Assembly (NCBI RefSeq): GCF_009914755.1
Contig: NC_060929.1
DNA length: 64,000 nucleotides
Reading direction: 5' to 3' (one strand)
Source: the human T2T-CHM13v2.0 reference genome, Homo sapiens
Part shown: positions 1-15,615 of the stretch, piece after piece
Layout: each line of letters opens with the position of its first letter
Position numbering within the stretch: the first letter of the stretch is position 1
The notes under the pieces: generated by a model
What the model was told of the DNA's origin: nothing
What the model saw: the letters and a program-made list of their open reading frames with translations, nothing else
The model's database searches: none
Position numbers and translations under genes: made by a program

Positions 1-80
1 GAAGCAAATTTTCCATTGTCTCAGCTGCAGCTTGAAAATAAATTGGATGTTACTGGACACTCATCCACAGTGCTGTACCC

Positions 81-144
81 AGGGGCGTGTATGATTACCA
101 GAGGGATTCAGGGAGGGGCGTGTGTGATTACCAGAGGGAATCAG
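81..144. repeat. Two-copy tandem duplication, 31-nt unit, period 33
   Basis: aggggcgtgtatgattaccagagggattcag (81-111) vs aggggcgtgtgtgattaccagagggaatcag (114-144), 2 mismatches. Confidence 0.9.
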
Positions 145-221
145 TGTTACATCCTCTAGGATTCCCTCCAGGAAACCTCCTACCTACCTGTTACAGGTAA
201 GGACCTTAGGTGTATTCTTAG

Positions 222-337
222 ATGGTGGTTCTCAAACCTTCATGTGTGTATGAATTACTGGGGAGCCAGTGAAAATACAGATTAAAATTCTGTAGGTCTG
301 GAGTGGAGCCATGTGGTGCTGATGCTGCTGATCCTCC
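222..337. mobile_element. MER5-like hAT-Charlie MITE remnant
   Basis: 'gtggttctcaaacctt...tctgtaggtctggagtggagcc...tgctgatgctgctg' resembles MER5A. Confidence 0.55.
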
Positions 338-2004
338 TAGCTATAAGGAAGAAAACTTTTGTATCCTAGTGAAATGAATTGATATACCTTGTTAACTTTG
401 GGAAAATAAAATCTTTAGGCAACGTTCTACAGTTACTTCTGGTAAGGTTCATGAGAACATTGTAAACTTGGCAAAATTTCTTTTTAGACATCTCCGTAAG
501 TACAAACGCACAGCACAGTTTGTTTCCTTTGGTAACTCTCACTCCCCAGACCATTAGGTATTCATGATCTTCTACCCTGGAGGCCGCCTCCAAGAGCATC
601 TCTCTTTCATCCCACTTGGCTCTGTATCTCCAAGACTGTTGCCGCTCTTGTCTCTTTCTGACCCACATCAAAAGTTAACTTTCTCTTGTCCCACACTTCC
701 AGAGGCTTACCTTCAGGCTCGTTCCAATTGAATCAATTCAAAGCCTTTATCTAAAAACAAACCAGTCAGGGAAGTTGGATAGAGATTTGGCACCGGAGGA
801 AATTCCTGGGACCCTTGAGGTGATGTCACACAGATATTGGTTATTGTTTGCAGCAACAGGACTCAGCACTTTCTACTAGGCTAGCAGTCTCTTGTACTCA
901 TTACTTGAGACTATCAGACTTCTTTGCTAATGGACATTTTGTTTTTGTTTCAGAAGTTCGTAGTTGGTATGTGTTGGAAAAGAAAAAGCAATATACTTAT
1001 TCCTTCCCCTTTGGGACAATATCTTTCAAATCTCTCATTTCTGTGCAGCCTCCCAAGCTTTCTCTGCAGCCAGCAATGTCATATACAAGTTGTAGATAAC
1101 ACCGGAAGGCAGCTTAAATTATTTTTCAATATATTGTGAGAGTGAAAACGCCAAGTCATATATTTTAGTGAATAGATGCAACTATAAAAATTCAGTGTTT
1201 CCTTAACTGGCGAACTATAGGGGAGGATTAGGTGACAAGGGAAGTCATTTCATCTCTTCTCTTGGTAAAGGCTTCTACAAAGACTCTAGAGAGTAAAATG
1301 TTTCAAGAAATAAATTTTTTTAACTCTTGTACACAACTATTTATTTTCAAAACATGTTACAAACACTGATTAAACTACCTACTAGCTTAAAGAATAATGA
1401 CGACTATCGGGCGTTCAATTGGTCCTCATGTCTTAATGAAAAAGTTTTTCTTCTGTTTCTGGTAGGTTTTGATTCATTTACCCAACTCTCCCCTCAGTCA
1501 CTTCAGCACAGTGCAAGTCAGAGAGAATGTGTGGGAAAGTGATTAAGAGTACACACTCTTTCCAGAGTCAGGCAAGAGCTGGATTTGGGTTCTTACTAGA
1601 TGTGTGGGCTTGCACGGATAACTTAGATGCTTTAAAATTTGATTTCCACATCTCAATAATGGGTGACTGCTGGGACAGAGAAACATTATGATGTAGAAGG
1701 ATTGACTTCTCCATTAAGAAGAGTAGGTGCAGTATCCACAATACTTTTAGATCCCCCACAAAAGTATTTTATTTGAAAATTATACCAAAAAAAGAACTTT
1801 CTAGTCAAAGAAAATGTTTTAACATACATTTGATTTATACCAATGTAGTCATAAAATGCAATTTTTTATTTTTTTTAATGAAGAAAGAGGCCACAAAGAC
1901 AAAAGTGCCTAGGACCCACAAAAGCCACAAAGGGCCTGTAGTGTATGCCGATCACTCAACACAGTGACTGGCACATGGGAGACATGTTGAAGGTTGATAA
2001 ACAT

Positions 2005-2198
2005 AGAGGGCCAGACGGTATTTTAGGCTTTGCAGGCCAGATGGTCTCTGTTGCAGCTACTCAACTCTGTTAATGTAGTGTGAAAGCATCCATAGACAAA
2101 GTGTGAACAAATGGGGAAGGCTGTGTTCCAATAAAACTTTATTTACAAAACCAAGTAGCAGGCTGGATTTGATTCATAGGCCTTATTTTCTGGCTCCT
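2005..2198 (+). mobile_element. MER58A hAT-Charlie MITE
   Basis: 'agggccagacggtattttaggctttgcaggccagatggtctctgttgcagctactcaactctg...ctgtgttccaataaaactttatttacaaaa'. Confidence 0.8.
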
Positions 2199-3060
2199 AA
2201 CTTAACACTAAGAATTTCGTTTTTGGTAGTATTGAAAAGAATTTTAGTTTTATTCATTTAATTATCTATAAAATATCCTCAAGGGAAAAGGATATACCTG
2301 ATATATTTTGGAGTATTCCAGACAGTCAAATAAAAGAGAATTTTGTTAAAATCTCAGTTATTCAGGATTCATCTGGTTAGAACAAACCATCACATTTTTT
2401 CTCACTGCACTAAAGAAAGAAAGCAAGCATAAGATAATAAAATTCTATGGTTCTACCTCAATGTTCCCAGAAACACCTGTATGGAAAAATAAAGCACTAA
2501 TAAATGCAAACAATCTCTCTTGAGTTGTGATATGTGTATTTATATAAATCCATAAACAGAGATGGAGCATGATGACATATGTAGCTATGTTCTGCAACTA
2601 TCATTGTATTAATACTTTCAATCTCTAGAAAGCTGCTTCCTGTGATTTCTTTGGCAGATCAAGCACTTGCTTAAAGAGAAAAGACACATATAATTAAATT
2701 GGAAGGGCAGGCAAATCTTCCCACAGACTAAGCCTTCAGTACAAAGAACTATGAGGCCCTAAAGAAGTGGGCATGAGCCCATATATTAAAGATATGTATT
2801 TATAGACTATAGGTTGCTGTTCATATTCTCTGGAAGCCAGAAGTTTAGTTCACATCAACTTTGGACTAAGGAACAAATGTCTAGCTTTGTTGGAAGTGTA
2901 TGTGAACTGTGGTGGCTATTAGAAGTAGGAGGAAAGGGAAGGATCATAGCCTGTAGAAGTAAATTCAGAGTTTGCTGCTTGCTCACTCTGCAGTGTTAGG
3001 AAGCTGATTTAAGTCTGAGTTTTTATAACTATAAAATGGGGTTAAGAATATTTATAAATT

Positions 3061-3354
3061 GGCCAGGTGTTGTGGCTCATGCCTGTAATCCCAGGACTTC
3101 AGGCAGCCAAGATGGGAGGATTTCTTGAGGCCAAGAGTTTGAGAGAAGCCTGGGCAACATAATGAGACCCCATCTTTGCAAAAATTAAAATATGCATGGT
3201 GGTGCATGACTATAGTCTCAGCTACTTGGGAGGCTAAGGTGGGAGGATCACATGAGCCCAGGAGTTTGAGACCACAGTGAGCTATGATTGTTTTACTGCA
3301 CTTTAGCTTGGGTGACAAGAGTGAGACCTTGTCTCAAAAAAAAAAAAAAAAAAA
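3061..3354 (+). mobile_element. Alu (AluJ-type), inserted in a MIR remnant
   Basis: Dimeric Alu with J-type features (gggaggatttcttgaggcc, gcctgggcaacataatgagaccc), poly(A) tail, and 'ttataaattg' on both sides. Confidence 0.93.
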
Positions 3355-3688
3355 GATTATAAATTGTTTATGGCCACTAAGAGGATTGCATGAGATTTTA
3401 CATGTAAAGTCCTTATATCATTGATTGACATAAAAGAGGTACTCAGTAAATCATTATATTTTAATATTTACTAAAAGTAGAAATAATTATTGCTGGGTTA
3501 AATGACAACAGAGAAGGGACAACCTAAAAAGAACAAGTGCTAAAACTGTGGGCTCTAGAATTTGAATCATCCCCGTTGAATTGTTAGGTGTTTTATACTG
3601 CACAGGTTTTCTTTGTCTGATCTTGAATTTCCTCATTTGAAAAATGCATACAAATAGAACATACCACATAAGACTGTTGGGGATATTA

Positions 3689-4001
<313 letters not shown>

Positions 4002-5341
4002 GGTGGATAAACTTTGGCCTAGTGTCTGGCATGGTGCAAAGTTCCTGACATATTGTAAATATTATTTACGTCTTTCTCCTTGTCTTTGCTTATTGCAAGG
4101 CATGGGTTCTTGGAATTCCCCTAGAGACACATGAAGAGCATATAAATCCTCTAGAAACTCTGTGTCTACCCAAGCTTGTGTTTTTTGTTGTTGTTTTGAG
4201 AGTTTTTTTAGTCCATATTTGCATTTTTCTGGAGTTGAAGTCCATAGCTTCCATCCACTTCTCAAAGATCCATGACACAAAAGGATTAACAAATCGTGTT
4301 ATTAAACAGTCCAAAAGCGTACATTTTGAGGGCATCTGCCATAGCCTGTATTATGATTGCTTATTATGATAATCCAAGCTATTAAGAAATCATTCCCTAA
4401 AATTAGTATACCATATTTAAAGAGCTACCCAAGTATGCATAGTAATATATTTTAGCAAGATTTCCAGATACTGAAGAACAGATTTTTATATTTATTTAAA
4501 GGAGTGAATATTAGTATTTTGGAAAATCAATTGAAGTGAAACAACTCATTCCTTAATGATTCTGGTAATAATTGCACCATGGGGCAGAAATACAATAGCT
4601 AATACGCATTTATCTTTTCCAGTACCTTCCTTACAAGTGACTTATATATGTATTATGTCATTTAGTCCTCACTACAACCCCAGGGTAACACACTGTCATT
4701 GCTAGTTTCTTACTTGAGATTAGCTCTTTCATATGTTGGTGTAAGATGACAGCTCGCCATCGATTTGATTGGGAATGAAAGTACTATTGTTCTCTGCTAT
4801 TGGTAATGAATACTTGGTTTGACTCAGCTATGAGAAGAAATGCTATGAGGGACAGATCTGTCAAATAACACATTCAGAGATGCGTAAACATGGGCCAAGT
4901 TAAGCTGAGGCCTCTCATGCTGCTAGTTCTCAAGTCTCCAAAGTTCACACTGGTTTAATAAACTTAGAAAATATGCTGATTATAGAAAGGGGCACAGTTT
5001 CTGCAGTAATCAGCTTCTACTGAGAAATATGTATACATTATATTCAATGTTTCCATGCCAGGCTAGGTTGCTAAGGGCCTTGGGAAAATAAGTTCACTTG
5101 TATGGTAAAACAGCCTTTTTCTGGATGTAAACAAGCTTTCTTCAAATTCATTTATTTCTTGAGAACATGAGAGGAAAGATACATTTATATATAAAAATAC
5201 TTGTATATTCACCGTTAGCTTCTCAGCTTACTTCTGGGATATTACGTGAGAAGATATTAAAATAGAAGAATTATTCCATATGCTATTTGTCTAAATATGA
5301 ATGATTGTTACATAATTCATGAAGTTGCTGATGTTTTGAGT

Positions 5342-5620
5342 TTTTTTTTTATACTTTAAGTTTTAGGGTAGATGTGCACAATGTGCAGTTTAGTTACATA
5401 TGTATACATGTGCCATGCCGGTGTGCTGCACCCACTAACTCGTCATTTAGCATTAGTTATATCTCCTAATGCTATCCCTCCCCCCTACCCCCACCCCACC
5501 ACAGTCCCCAGAGTGTGATGTTCCCCTTCCTGTGTCCATGTGTTCTCATTGTTCAATTCCCACCTATGAGTGAGAACATGTGGTGTTTGGTTTTTTGTCC
5601 TTGCGATAGTTTACTGAGAA
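5342..5620 (-). mobile_element. Young L1PA (about L1PA2-4) 3' end, 5'-truncated, about 280 bp
   Basis: poly(T) followed by 'atactttaagttttagggta...cccactaactcgtcatttagcattag...ttgcgatagtttactgagaat', the reverse complement of a young L1 3'UTR. Confidence 0.92.
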
Positions 5621-6139
5621 TTTTTTTCTATCATTTCTTTTGCTCCAAATTTTTCTCAAAAAGACTTTTTTTGCTAATACAAGTTTGTACTGTAACAAAA
5701 CATTTGAACATGAGCAAATACAGAGGATCTCAAAAGCAATCATAATAAGGACTAATTTTACTCAAATTGTGTTCATCTCTAATAATGATAAATGTTGCAT
5801 TACTGATTTTTGGTTGTAAGCAACAGTTTCCTTAAATAAATATTTGGAAACGTACTGCGTAACTTACTAAACTGAAGGAAAACCTTAATGACTAAAGTAT
5901 ACAGAAGTATAAAAGCTAGGTCACCTCTAGGGAGCTCAATCAAAATCCCTAAGCCTTCTTTTTTTTTGATGTTGAATCTGAAGGATTCATCTGTTCAAAT
6001 TTAAATTTTGAATAAAGGGATTTAACTAGGCAGCATTAGCTGGGTGACTTCTCACCCATTGCTAGGCTATAGGTAGTATTATTACAATAGACAAATACAG
6101 CAGGATTTACATGGAATGGAAAAGAGACTATTCTCTAGG

Positions 6140-8005
<1,866 letters not shown>

Positions 8006-8185
8006 AGCTGGTAGAATTCAAATGTTATCTAACATAATGTACTTAATTTATCCAATGCCTACATTGAATAATTACAACTAGGAATTTTCATCTCCAGTCT
8101 CACGAAAGAATTGAGTGACTATTTCAGCCGTTTGCCTCTTATTTTACCAACTGTGCAATACTTACCACCTGTACTTAATGATATA

Positions 8186-8581
8186 CAATGTTCCCATCTC
8201 ATCCACAGGAGATAAGTTCCAAGGCCACCAGTAGATGCCTGAAACCACAGATAGTACTGAACCCTATACAGATGCTCCTCAAGTTTCCATGGAGATACCT
8301 CCCAACAAAACTATCATACGTTGCAAATATTATAAATTAAAAATGCATTCAATACACCTAACTTACCAAACAGCATTGCCTGTGGATACACTGACAAAGG
8401 GATGATTCATGCAGGATAGAGAGGGACATTGTGAAATTTCATCATGCTTCTCAGAATGGCACACAATTTACAACATATGAATTGTTTACTTCTGTTATTT
8501 TCTATGTAATCTTTTTGGACTGCAATTGACTGTGGGTAACTGAAACCACAGAAAGAAGAACCATAGACGAGGGGACTACTG
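8186..8581 (-). mobile_element. MER44-like Tigger MITE containing a MER47-like fragment (about 8269-8380)
   Basis: Termini 'ta|caatgttccc...' and '...gaggggactactg'. After TA at 8267-8268, 'cagatgctcctcaagtttccatgg...aatgcattcaatacacctaacttacc' resembles the MER47 5' end. Confidence 0.7.
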
Positions 8582-8645
8582 TGTGTTTTTTATAAATTGT
8601 TTTCTTTGAAAGAGATTGTAAACTCCTTGGGAGTGTCATCTGTAT

Positions 8646-8815
8646 CAGTGGCTCTCAAACTTTAATATACAAAAGAATTACCCAAGGACTTTATTAAAAT
8701 GCAGAATTTCAGGCTTCACCCTGGGGATATGGTGATTCATTCGATTTGGCATTGATCCACGGAATCTGTTTTAAGGAGCAATCGAAGTGATAATCCACTG
8801 ACCACCTTTTGAGAA
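8646..8815. mobile_element. MER5-like hAT MITE
   Basis: 'cagtggctctcaaacttt...ttaaaatgcagaatttcaggc...accaccttttgagaa'. Confidence 0.6.
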
Positions 8816-9049
8816 AAAATGATCTATATTGTATTTGAATCATATCCACAAGGCTTGAGTGCTGTATGTGTCAAGAAGTAACCTATCCGATAAATAAATT
8901 AGATGAATTTTAATACCTTTGATACCAGTTTTCAACTGTAGCTGTTTTTTTGTGTGTGGGTTTTTTTTTTTTTCTGGACACTGTTAGATAGCATTTCAGG
9001 AAAGGATCCTAAATTAAAAGATAATTTTCCCCAGCCCCTTCATTTTCTC

Positions 9050-9255
9050 CAGTGGGGGAGGGAGAGCACTTTGTCTCCCACAAGACACTTGGCCTGTCTA
9101 TAGATGTTTTTGTTTATCCCAACATGGGTAGGGGTTGGCATGGCTGGCATTTTTGGGTAGAGGCCAGAGATGCTGCTAAACACCCACAGGACAGTCCCCA
9201 TGAAAAAGAACTATCAAGCCCAAAATATCAATAGTGAAAGATGGAAAAACTGTAG
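9050..9255. mobile_element. MER20 hAT MITE
   Basis: 'ggcatttttgggtagaggccagagatgctgctaaacacccacaggacagtcccc...gcccaaaatatcaatagtg'. Confidence 0.8.
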
Positions 9256-9839
9256 GATAGTCTTTTTGGAATTTAATGAACCCAGATACTCCTCAGAGTG
9301 ATTCAGCCTTGTGCAAGCACCGTGTGTCAGGATCTCACCCAGGCACTCTAGGCTGTGCTATGCACTTATGCGTACCCTTCCTGGCCTGGGACCTGAGGCC
9401 TGGCTGCTGACGCTCCTTTCCTGTAGGTAGCTTGTACTGACTCCTTAGCGCTTCTATAGCAGCTTGTCTCATTTCTTTGACAAAGCATCTGCCAGCAGCA
9501 GGGCAGGGAGCCCTGAACATGGGCCACTCCAAGCTTGCCGACAGCTCTCTTTAGTGAGATTGGAGATGCTCCAGCTGGTCACAGAAAGAGGCAGCCAGCT
9601 GGGTTTGAAAGGAAAACAGATTTAATTTTGGTCCCCATTGAAGCAGAAACCAATCTAGAGATGTGCCTGCTCTAATTTGGAATTCTTAAAAGGATAATTG
9701 GGGAAACAGGTAGAAAAAGAACCACATAACCCAGGATATAAGGAAGGATGGATGCCCAGTGAGTGCCAGAGTTAGTTTGGCCTATTTTGCCATGATATTA
9801 GGATGGGATTAACTTGATATACGTGCATTGGATCTCAGT

Positions 9840-10030
9840 GGTTCAGCACTTCCTAGTTCTTGGACCTTGGAAATTAAATAAACTGCTATAAGCCTTGGTC
9901 TTCAGACTACAGAATGGCAATAATAATGATGCTAATTCCATAGGGTTGTTGTAAAGACTAAATGAGCTAATGCATGTAGAGAAATATTTTAATGTAGTGA
10001 CTGGCATATAATAAGCATTAAGTAAATAAT
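9840..10030 (+). mobile_element. MIR remnant
   Basis: MIR core-like 'atagggttgttgtaaagactaaatgagctaatgcatgtag'. Confidence 0.65.
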
Positions 10031-13000
10031 AGCTATTAGCCATTATTCTTCTGCACCATTAACCTGCAAAATATGCCAGGCTCCACCAGCCTCTGACTAT
10101 TCAATAAGTCCCCTTCTACCCTTTTATACCAACAGTATGTTGGCACAAACTATCCCTGCTTTAATAACTGTAAGTTAGCCATTCTCCAAGATACCCATTC
10201 ATTATTTTTTATCCATTACAGGGTCTCTCCCATGTGCCCACAAATCAGTCTTTCAGCTGCATCCACCATTATCCCTGACTAATCTTTCTTACCTGAGCTG
10301 GCTTCCCCTCCCCACAAACCCATTTGCAACTGTCCCTGCTCTGTCATAGTGACAGTTCAGACTATGGGTCCTTCCAAGCTGCTGGTGTTGGGGAGGTCAG
10401 AGTCCAGCTGAGATTCATGCAGAAGAGAAAAAGTATCTGCAATTCTGTCCCTTTTTGTAAATAGACCACAGCACAGTGCATCTCTTATTTAGAAATCTTT
10501 GCTGACTGGTTCTATCATTTTGTTCCTTTAGCCCCTGTCTCCAAGAGAACCTCAGTCTAGCCAAAAGATAGGAAGGAGGAGACAAGATACTTTGTAATTC
10601 CTATTTTCTCCCCGAAGCCAACACTTCCAGCCAATACTTCTAGCAAGCCTGCCGCTAACCAAGTAAACACCCCCAGACAAACCAACAGCTGCAAACAATT
10701 CCTGGAGAGTTCTTCCGAAGTGTATATTTCTTTGATGGTTTCAGGCCCCCCAACTCAGCACATTACAAGGAATTCTATTAGAATACTAGAGGATCAGGAC
10801 AGGGTCCCAAAAGAGGAGCTATGAAGCACTTGGAGGGGAAGGAGACCAAACCTAGGGAAGGCAGAAAGAAAAGGAGAAAAATAAAGATGTGGAGGACAGG
10901 CAGCACATTCCTTGCAGCAGGGTGCATTGGAGCTTGAAGGTTAAGCTTCCCAGGGCTGCAGAGTGAGAAATCAGGGAGGGAGGCAATTGTCTGCTTTGTT
11001 TTGACTTGCCGTGGCTGAGGGTAACAGTCAGCTGTGACCTCTTCCTCATGACTAATGCTGAGCAGGCTTGGCTAGCCTAGGTTCCCATGTAACTTATCAT
11101 TAAGCCAAGCCAAGAACTGGACAACATCTAAGTAGTCCCCTACATGGCTGTTTCTGGGGGTATAGGAGAATAGCATGGAGATTTGTGGGGATCCTGCAGG
11201 CCTGTCAGCAACCTCCAGTGCAGTTCTGGGGGTCTACTTTTTAACCAAGTAAAACAGTGAGTTTTCAGTTAATCTCTGAAAAAATTAGTAAAATCCACAA
11301 AGTAGTGAGAAAAGAGGACATTCCAGAAAGGAGCTGACTGTGCATAAGTGAGAGCGGCCGAAGTGGAAGCAGAATTAATTTGACAGAGGAGCTGAGAGGG
11401 AGTGAATTAAAAGAAATAAAAGATTCCATAATCTTTATTTTTTACCTGTAACAGCTAGAAAGACCAAATTCTAGTACAGTCATTCTTTTTAAACATGGCC
11501 ATAACAGACTTAAAATTTAAGACTTTTAAAGCGAAGCATTTGAAATAAATTGTGAAATCAGGGCATAGAAGAATTATATCTGAAACTGGAGAAAAGAAAA
11601 AATGCCTTCAAGAAAATAGGGCATAGTATAATGCTTCCGTAGCTAAATGTTGCACACAAGGGAATTGGAACACAGTGAATGGTAAATCCCAAACCTCTTC
11701 AGCAAGATCATTGTAGAGGAAAATTGTCACCTGAGGGAGGAACCCATCCAGGCTGCTTCAGTTATAACAATGACTCTGGGAATCCTAATCAGGTGTCTGA
11801 TAGGTAAACTAAATCCTTGCACTTGAAAAATACACCTCCAGTCTGGCTGATATTACCCATCTAAGTCACAGGTTTGTCTTGAAATAGATCTTAGCGCTGT
11901 GATCTCAGCAGGGATTTCTTCTTTAGAGAAAGATATTTTATGAGCCTAGAAGCAGCTTTGTTGGAACTCACAATATCCTTGAACTGCAAGCAACAGCAAT
12001 TTTAGACAGAGCGTTAATTCAGTGAATTTCAAGAGAAAAAGAAAAAAAAAAAAAAAGGAAAACCCATACAGTTGTCAGTGCTAAATGAACTGAAAAGCAG
12101 TTTGAAAGAGCATTTCAGAGTCAGTGCTTTCTATGTTCTGTTGTTATGTTTAAGGAATCCTTTAGTATTGTCGAGCCCCATTGAGTAGAATGGTACCAAC
12201 AAAATATGGTATTTGTTTAGATATGTATGTTTTTATATAATACTTTGGGAGATCCGGTACATTGAGCAAGTGAGACTCACAAGATGCAACCAGACAGTGA
12301 GGTTATTCTTCCAAGTACAATATAACCCATAGAACCCACTCCTTATACTCAGCATTTTTCTCATCTTTGGATAAACATAGGACAGGCCCCATGACTTTTC
12401 TGGCCACTCTTAGATAATGAGGAGTCATCTGACCAATTTGAGTCACAAACAATCTCATTTCAATTATTCTAGACAGAAGATATAAAAGGAAAGGGAAGTA
12501 TTCCTTGGCTAAGTACACTTGTAGCTGGTAGCAGTGTTCTCTGCACTTGGCCTCTATTAAGGAGACTTTCTGTCTCATGAGGGACTTTGCAGGCATCTCT
12601 CATGAGCTGTTGCCTTGATGGCAACAATAGAATCATCCTGGTTTTTTATAGACAACACAGCTTAAAAGTATTTGAGCAAAAAAAAAAAAAAAAAAAGTGA
12701 TGTCAAGGTCATAGGCACTTCTTCTGAATTTTGTTTTAATGATTTGAACTAATAGTAATGGAGGTAAAAGGTAAAATGGGCAGCTAAAATTTTCCTTTCA
12801 ATCTATTATTTTCTATGTCATTAGGTGCAAAATGCAGCATCTCTACAAGAATATTCTCTGGAATGTGGGTTCCATGAATGGTTAACAGTAGAGAAAAAAT
12901 AATATTTTTATGAAATGCTCATGGAATCTCTGGATCAAACTGTCGTCACCATTTAGGCAGTGCAGGAAATCATAAAGAATGGAAGGAGTGGGGAGGGGAA

Positions 13001-13575
13001 TGGGAAATCCTGGGAGAACAATCAGAGGGGGAGCATTGGTCAGTGGGAGCTGGGTGCTGGAGTCAAGGGTAGGGTGTTGTATAGCATTTCTCGCCCTTAC
13101 CTCATCTGTTAAGTAGAAATAATGGTTCCTACTTCAATGGTTATGGCTGCTTCATGTCAAGTCAAATTTCTTTATTTTCATTACTTATCTTTCTGTAATT
13201 TCTGAGTGTACTGTCACTAAGATTGATAAGGGACCTATATCAGAAATTCGAGTGGGCTCCTTTCACCCAGCCAGGAGTTGAGCTCAGCCTCAGACCTCAA
13301 GGGCAGTCACTGATGGCGTTAATGCCCCACCAATGAGGTTCTTTTGAGATCAGGCACCTGTGCAGGTGGCTCTGCTCCCCCTGGGCTACTCTGAGCCACA
13401 CGCATCTTTGTGAGACCTCTTGCGATTACTGAGTTGAGCTTTCAGTCCTGAAAGGAATCCATGGAGCTATCCTACTCAGCAATTCTGTCGCTTGGTGTCT
13501 GTGTTTAAGCAGTTTGGGGGAAACAACAGGCCCTCCATTCACCTTCTACATCTGGCTGAATCATTCTCCAGTTGA

Positions 13576-13872
<297 letters not shown>

Positions 13873-14080
13873 CAGTTGCCATTTTTAGAAGCCAAACCCT
13901 ACTACCTCTTAGTCCTTTCTGGTAATTCAGCCAGCTCCTCTGATTGTCTTTCACCTGAGAGCCAAATCGGCCCACTCTCATGTTTTATTTGATCTTGTCA
14001 GTGTTGGGAGGGGATATATGTATACATACAAAAATTTAACATTAAGACACTTTTAGATTAAAAAATATAATTCAAGATTC

Positions 14081-14388
<308 letters not shown>

Positions 14389-15229
14389 GATTTCAAGATT
14401 CTTATCAAAGATATTTAACTGGAGCTGAGAAACTCTGCCCTGTCAGGGTCTGTTCTCTCTGAGTTTCCATGTGGGTGCCCACTTCAGTCATTAAGCTCAT
14501 GGGCCCAACCTCTGTAGGCATTTGAGTTTGGGACCCCTGTCTTAGACTTTAAAGCACTAAGACCTAGGGAGTATTCACCCATTTTGCTCCTACCCCTGTG
14601 GCATCTTACCTATGCTCACAACTCCAAGAATCCCTGCATTTGTCCTTTTGTTCCAGTACAATGGAGAGTAGAAGAAAGAAGATACAAATGCACTTAGGAA
14701 ACAGGCCTGGCTTTCCTAAAAGTCTTGGAGTGATTTCTTTCCTCTTCTTTCTTTCTTTAATTTTGTTCTTAGAGAGGAGGTAGAAGGCATTGTTGACACA
14801 AATCACCCATTCACAGGTTACTGACTGATACAGCGAGTTTCAGAATCTGCTCTCTTGGTTCTTCCAACACTTTCCATAAAGAAGTTACCCGCTTTGACCT
14901 GAATATATGCAGTTGCTACAATTTCAAACCAAAGCAGACACCAACAGCTGCTGTCTTGCCCTGGGAGGAGCCCCTGTGGGTGGAAGATCAGCCCTCCAGC
15001 TGTCTTGGCTTACATTTCTTCACCATCTGACTGGGATGGCTGATGCAACAGCAAGGCAAGTTGCTGTCACAAACACTCTGAGTAGTCAGTAGGGAAATGT
15101 GCCAGTGAGCATGTTCCCTTGGTCTTGAGGGTTGTCTGACTGTCATTTCTCTGAACTTACCTGTATGAGTATGTTCAACTCTACCTAACAGCTCTGCCTT
15201 GATTAGACAGACTGTAATGGACTGGTAAG

Positions 15230-15615
15230 TAATGGAAGAGTTCAGAGGAAGTGATGCTTTGATTGGAGTTTTGATTCCATTCATCTGAAGTTCCCTCAGT
15301 TGTATTGCTCTGTTTCGTTGGATTCTTCTCAAATGCTTTCACTCATGATAGCAAAATGGCAGCAGCTGCTCCAGGCATTACATTGGCATACCACATATCT
15401 ACAGTATGATAGAGCTTGTCTTTCCCCAGTCTCTTCTTGAATAAAAACCCTGGGCTTCACTCTAATTAAACCAACTTATTTCACATGCCCAACCTGAACC
15501 AGCCACTGTGCAAAGGAAATCAGATGACCTTGATGGCTTTTAGCTGGGATCTTTCCTTGACACTGGTGGTAGAGTCATACTGCATGGCTGCTACCCCAGA
15601 TGGCACATGGGCCGT
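15230..15615 (-). mobile_element. Old MLT1 (MaLR) LTR remnant
   Basis: 'gcaaaatggcagcagctgctccaggc...tcacatgcccaacctgaaccagccactgtg' is typical of old MLT1 LTRs. Confidence 0.55.

Noticed and set aside
366-1967. Short ORFs at the window start
   Set aside because: No recognisable homology or splice support. Lengths are within chance expectation.
12035-12696. Poly(A) runs as processed-pseudogene tails
   Set aside because: I found no upstream mRNA-like ORF or TSD, so they are treated as mononucleotide microsatellites.
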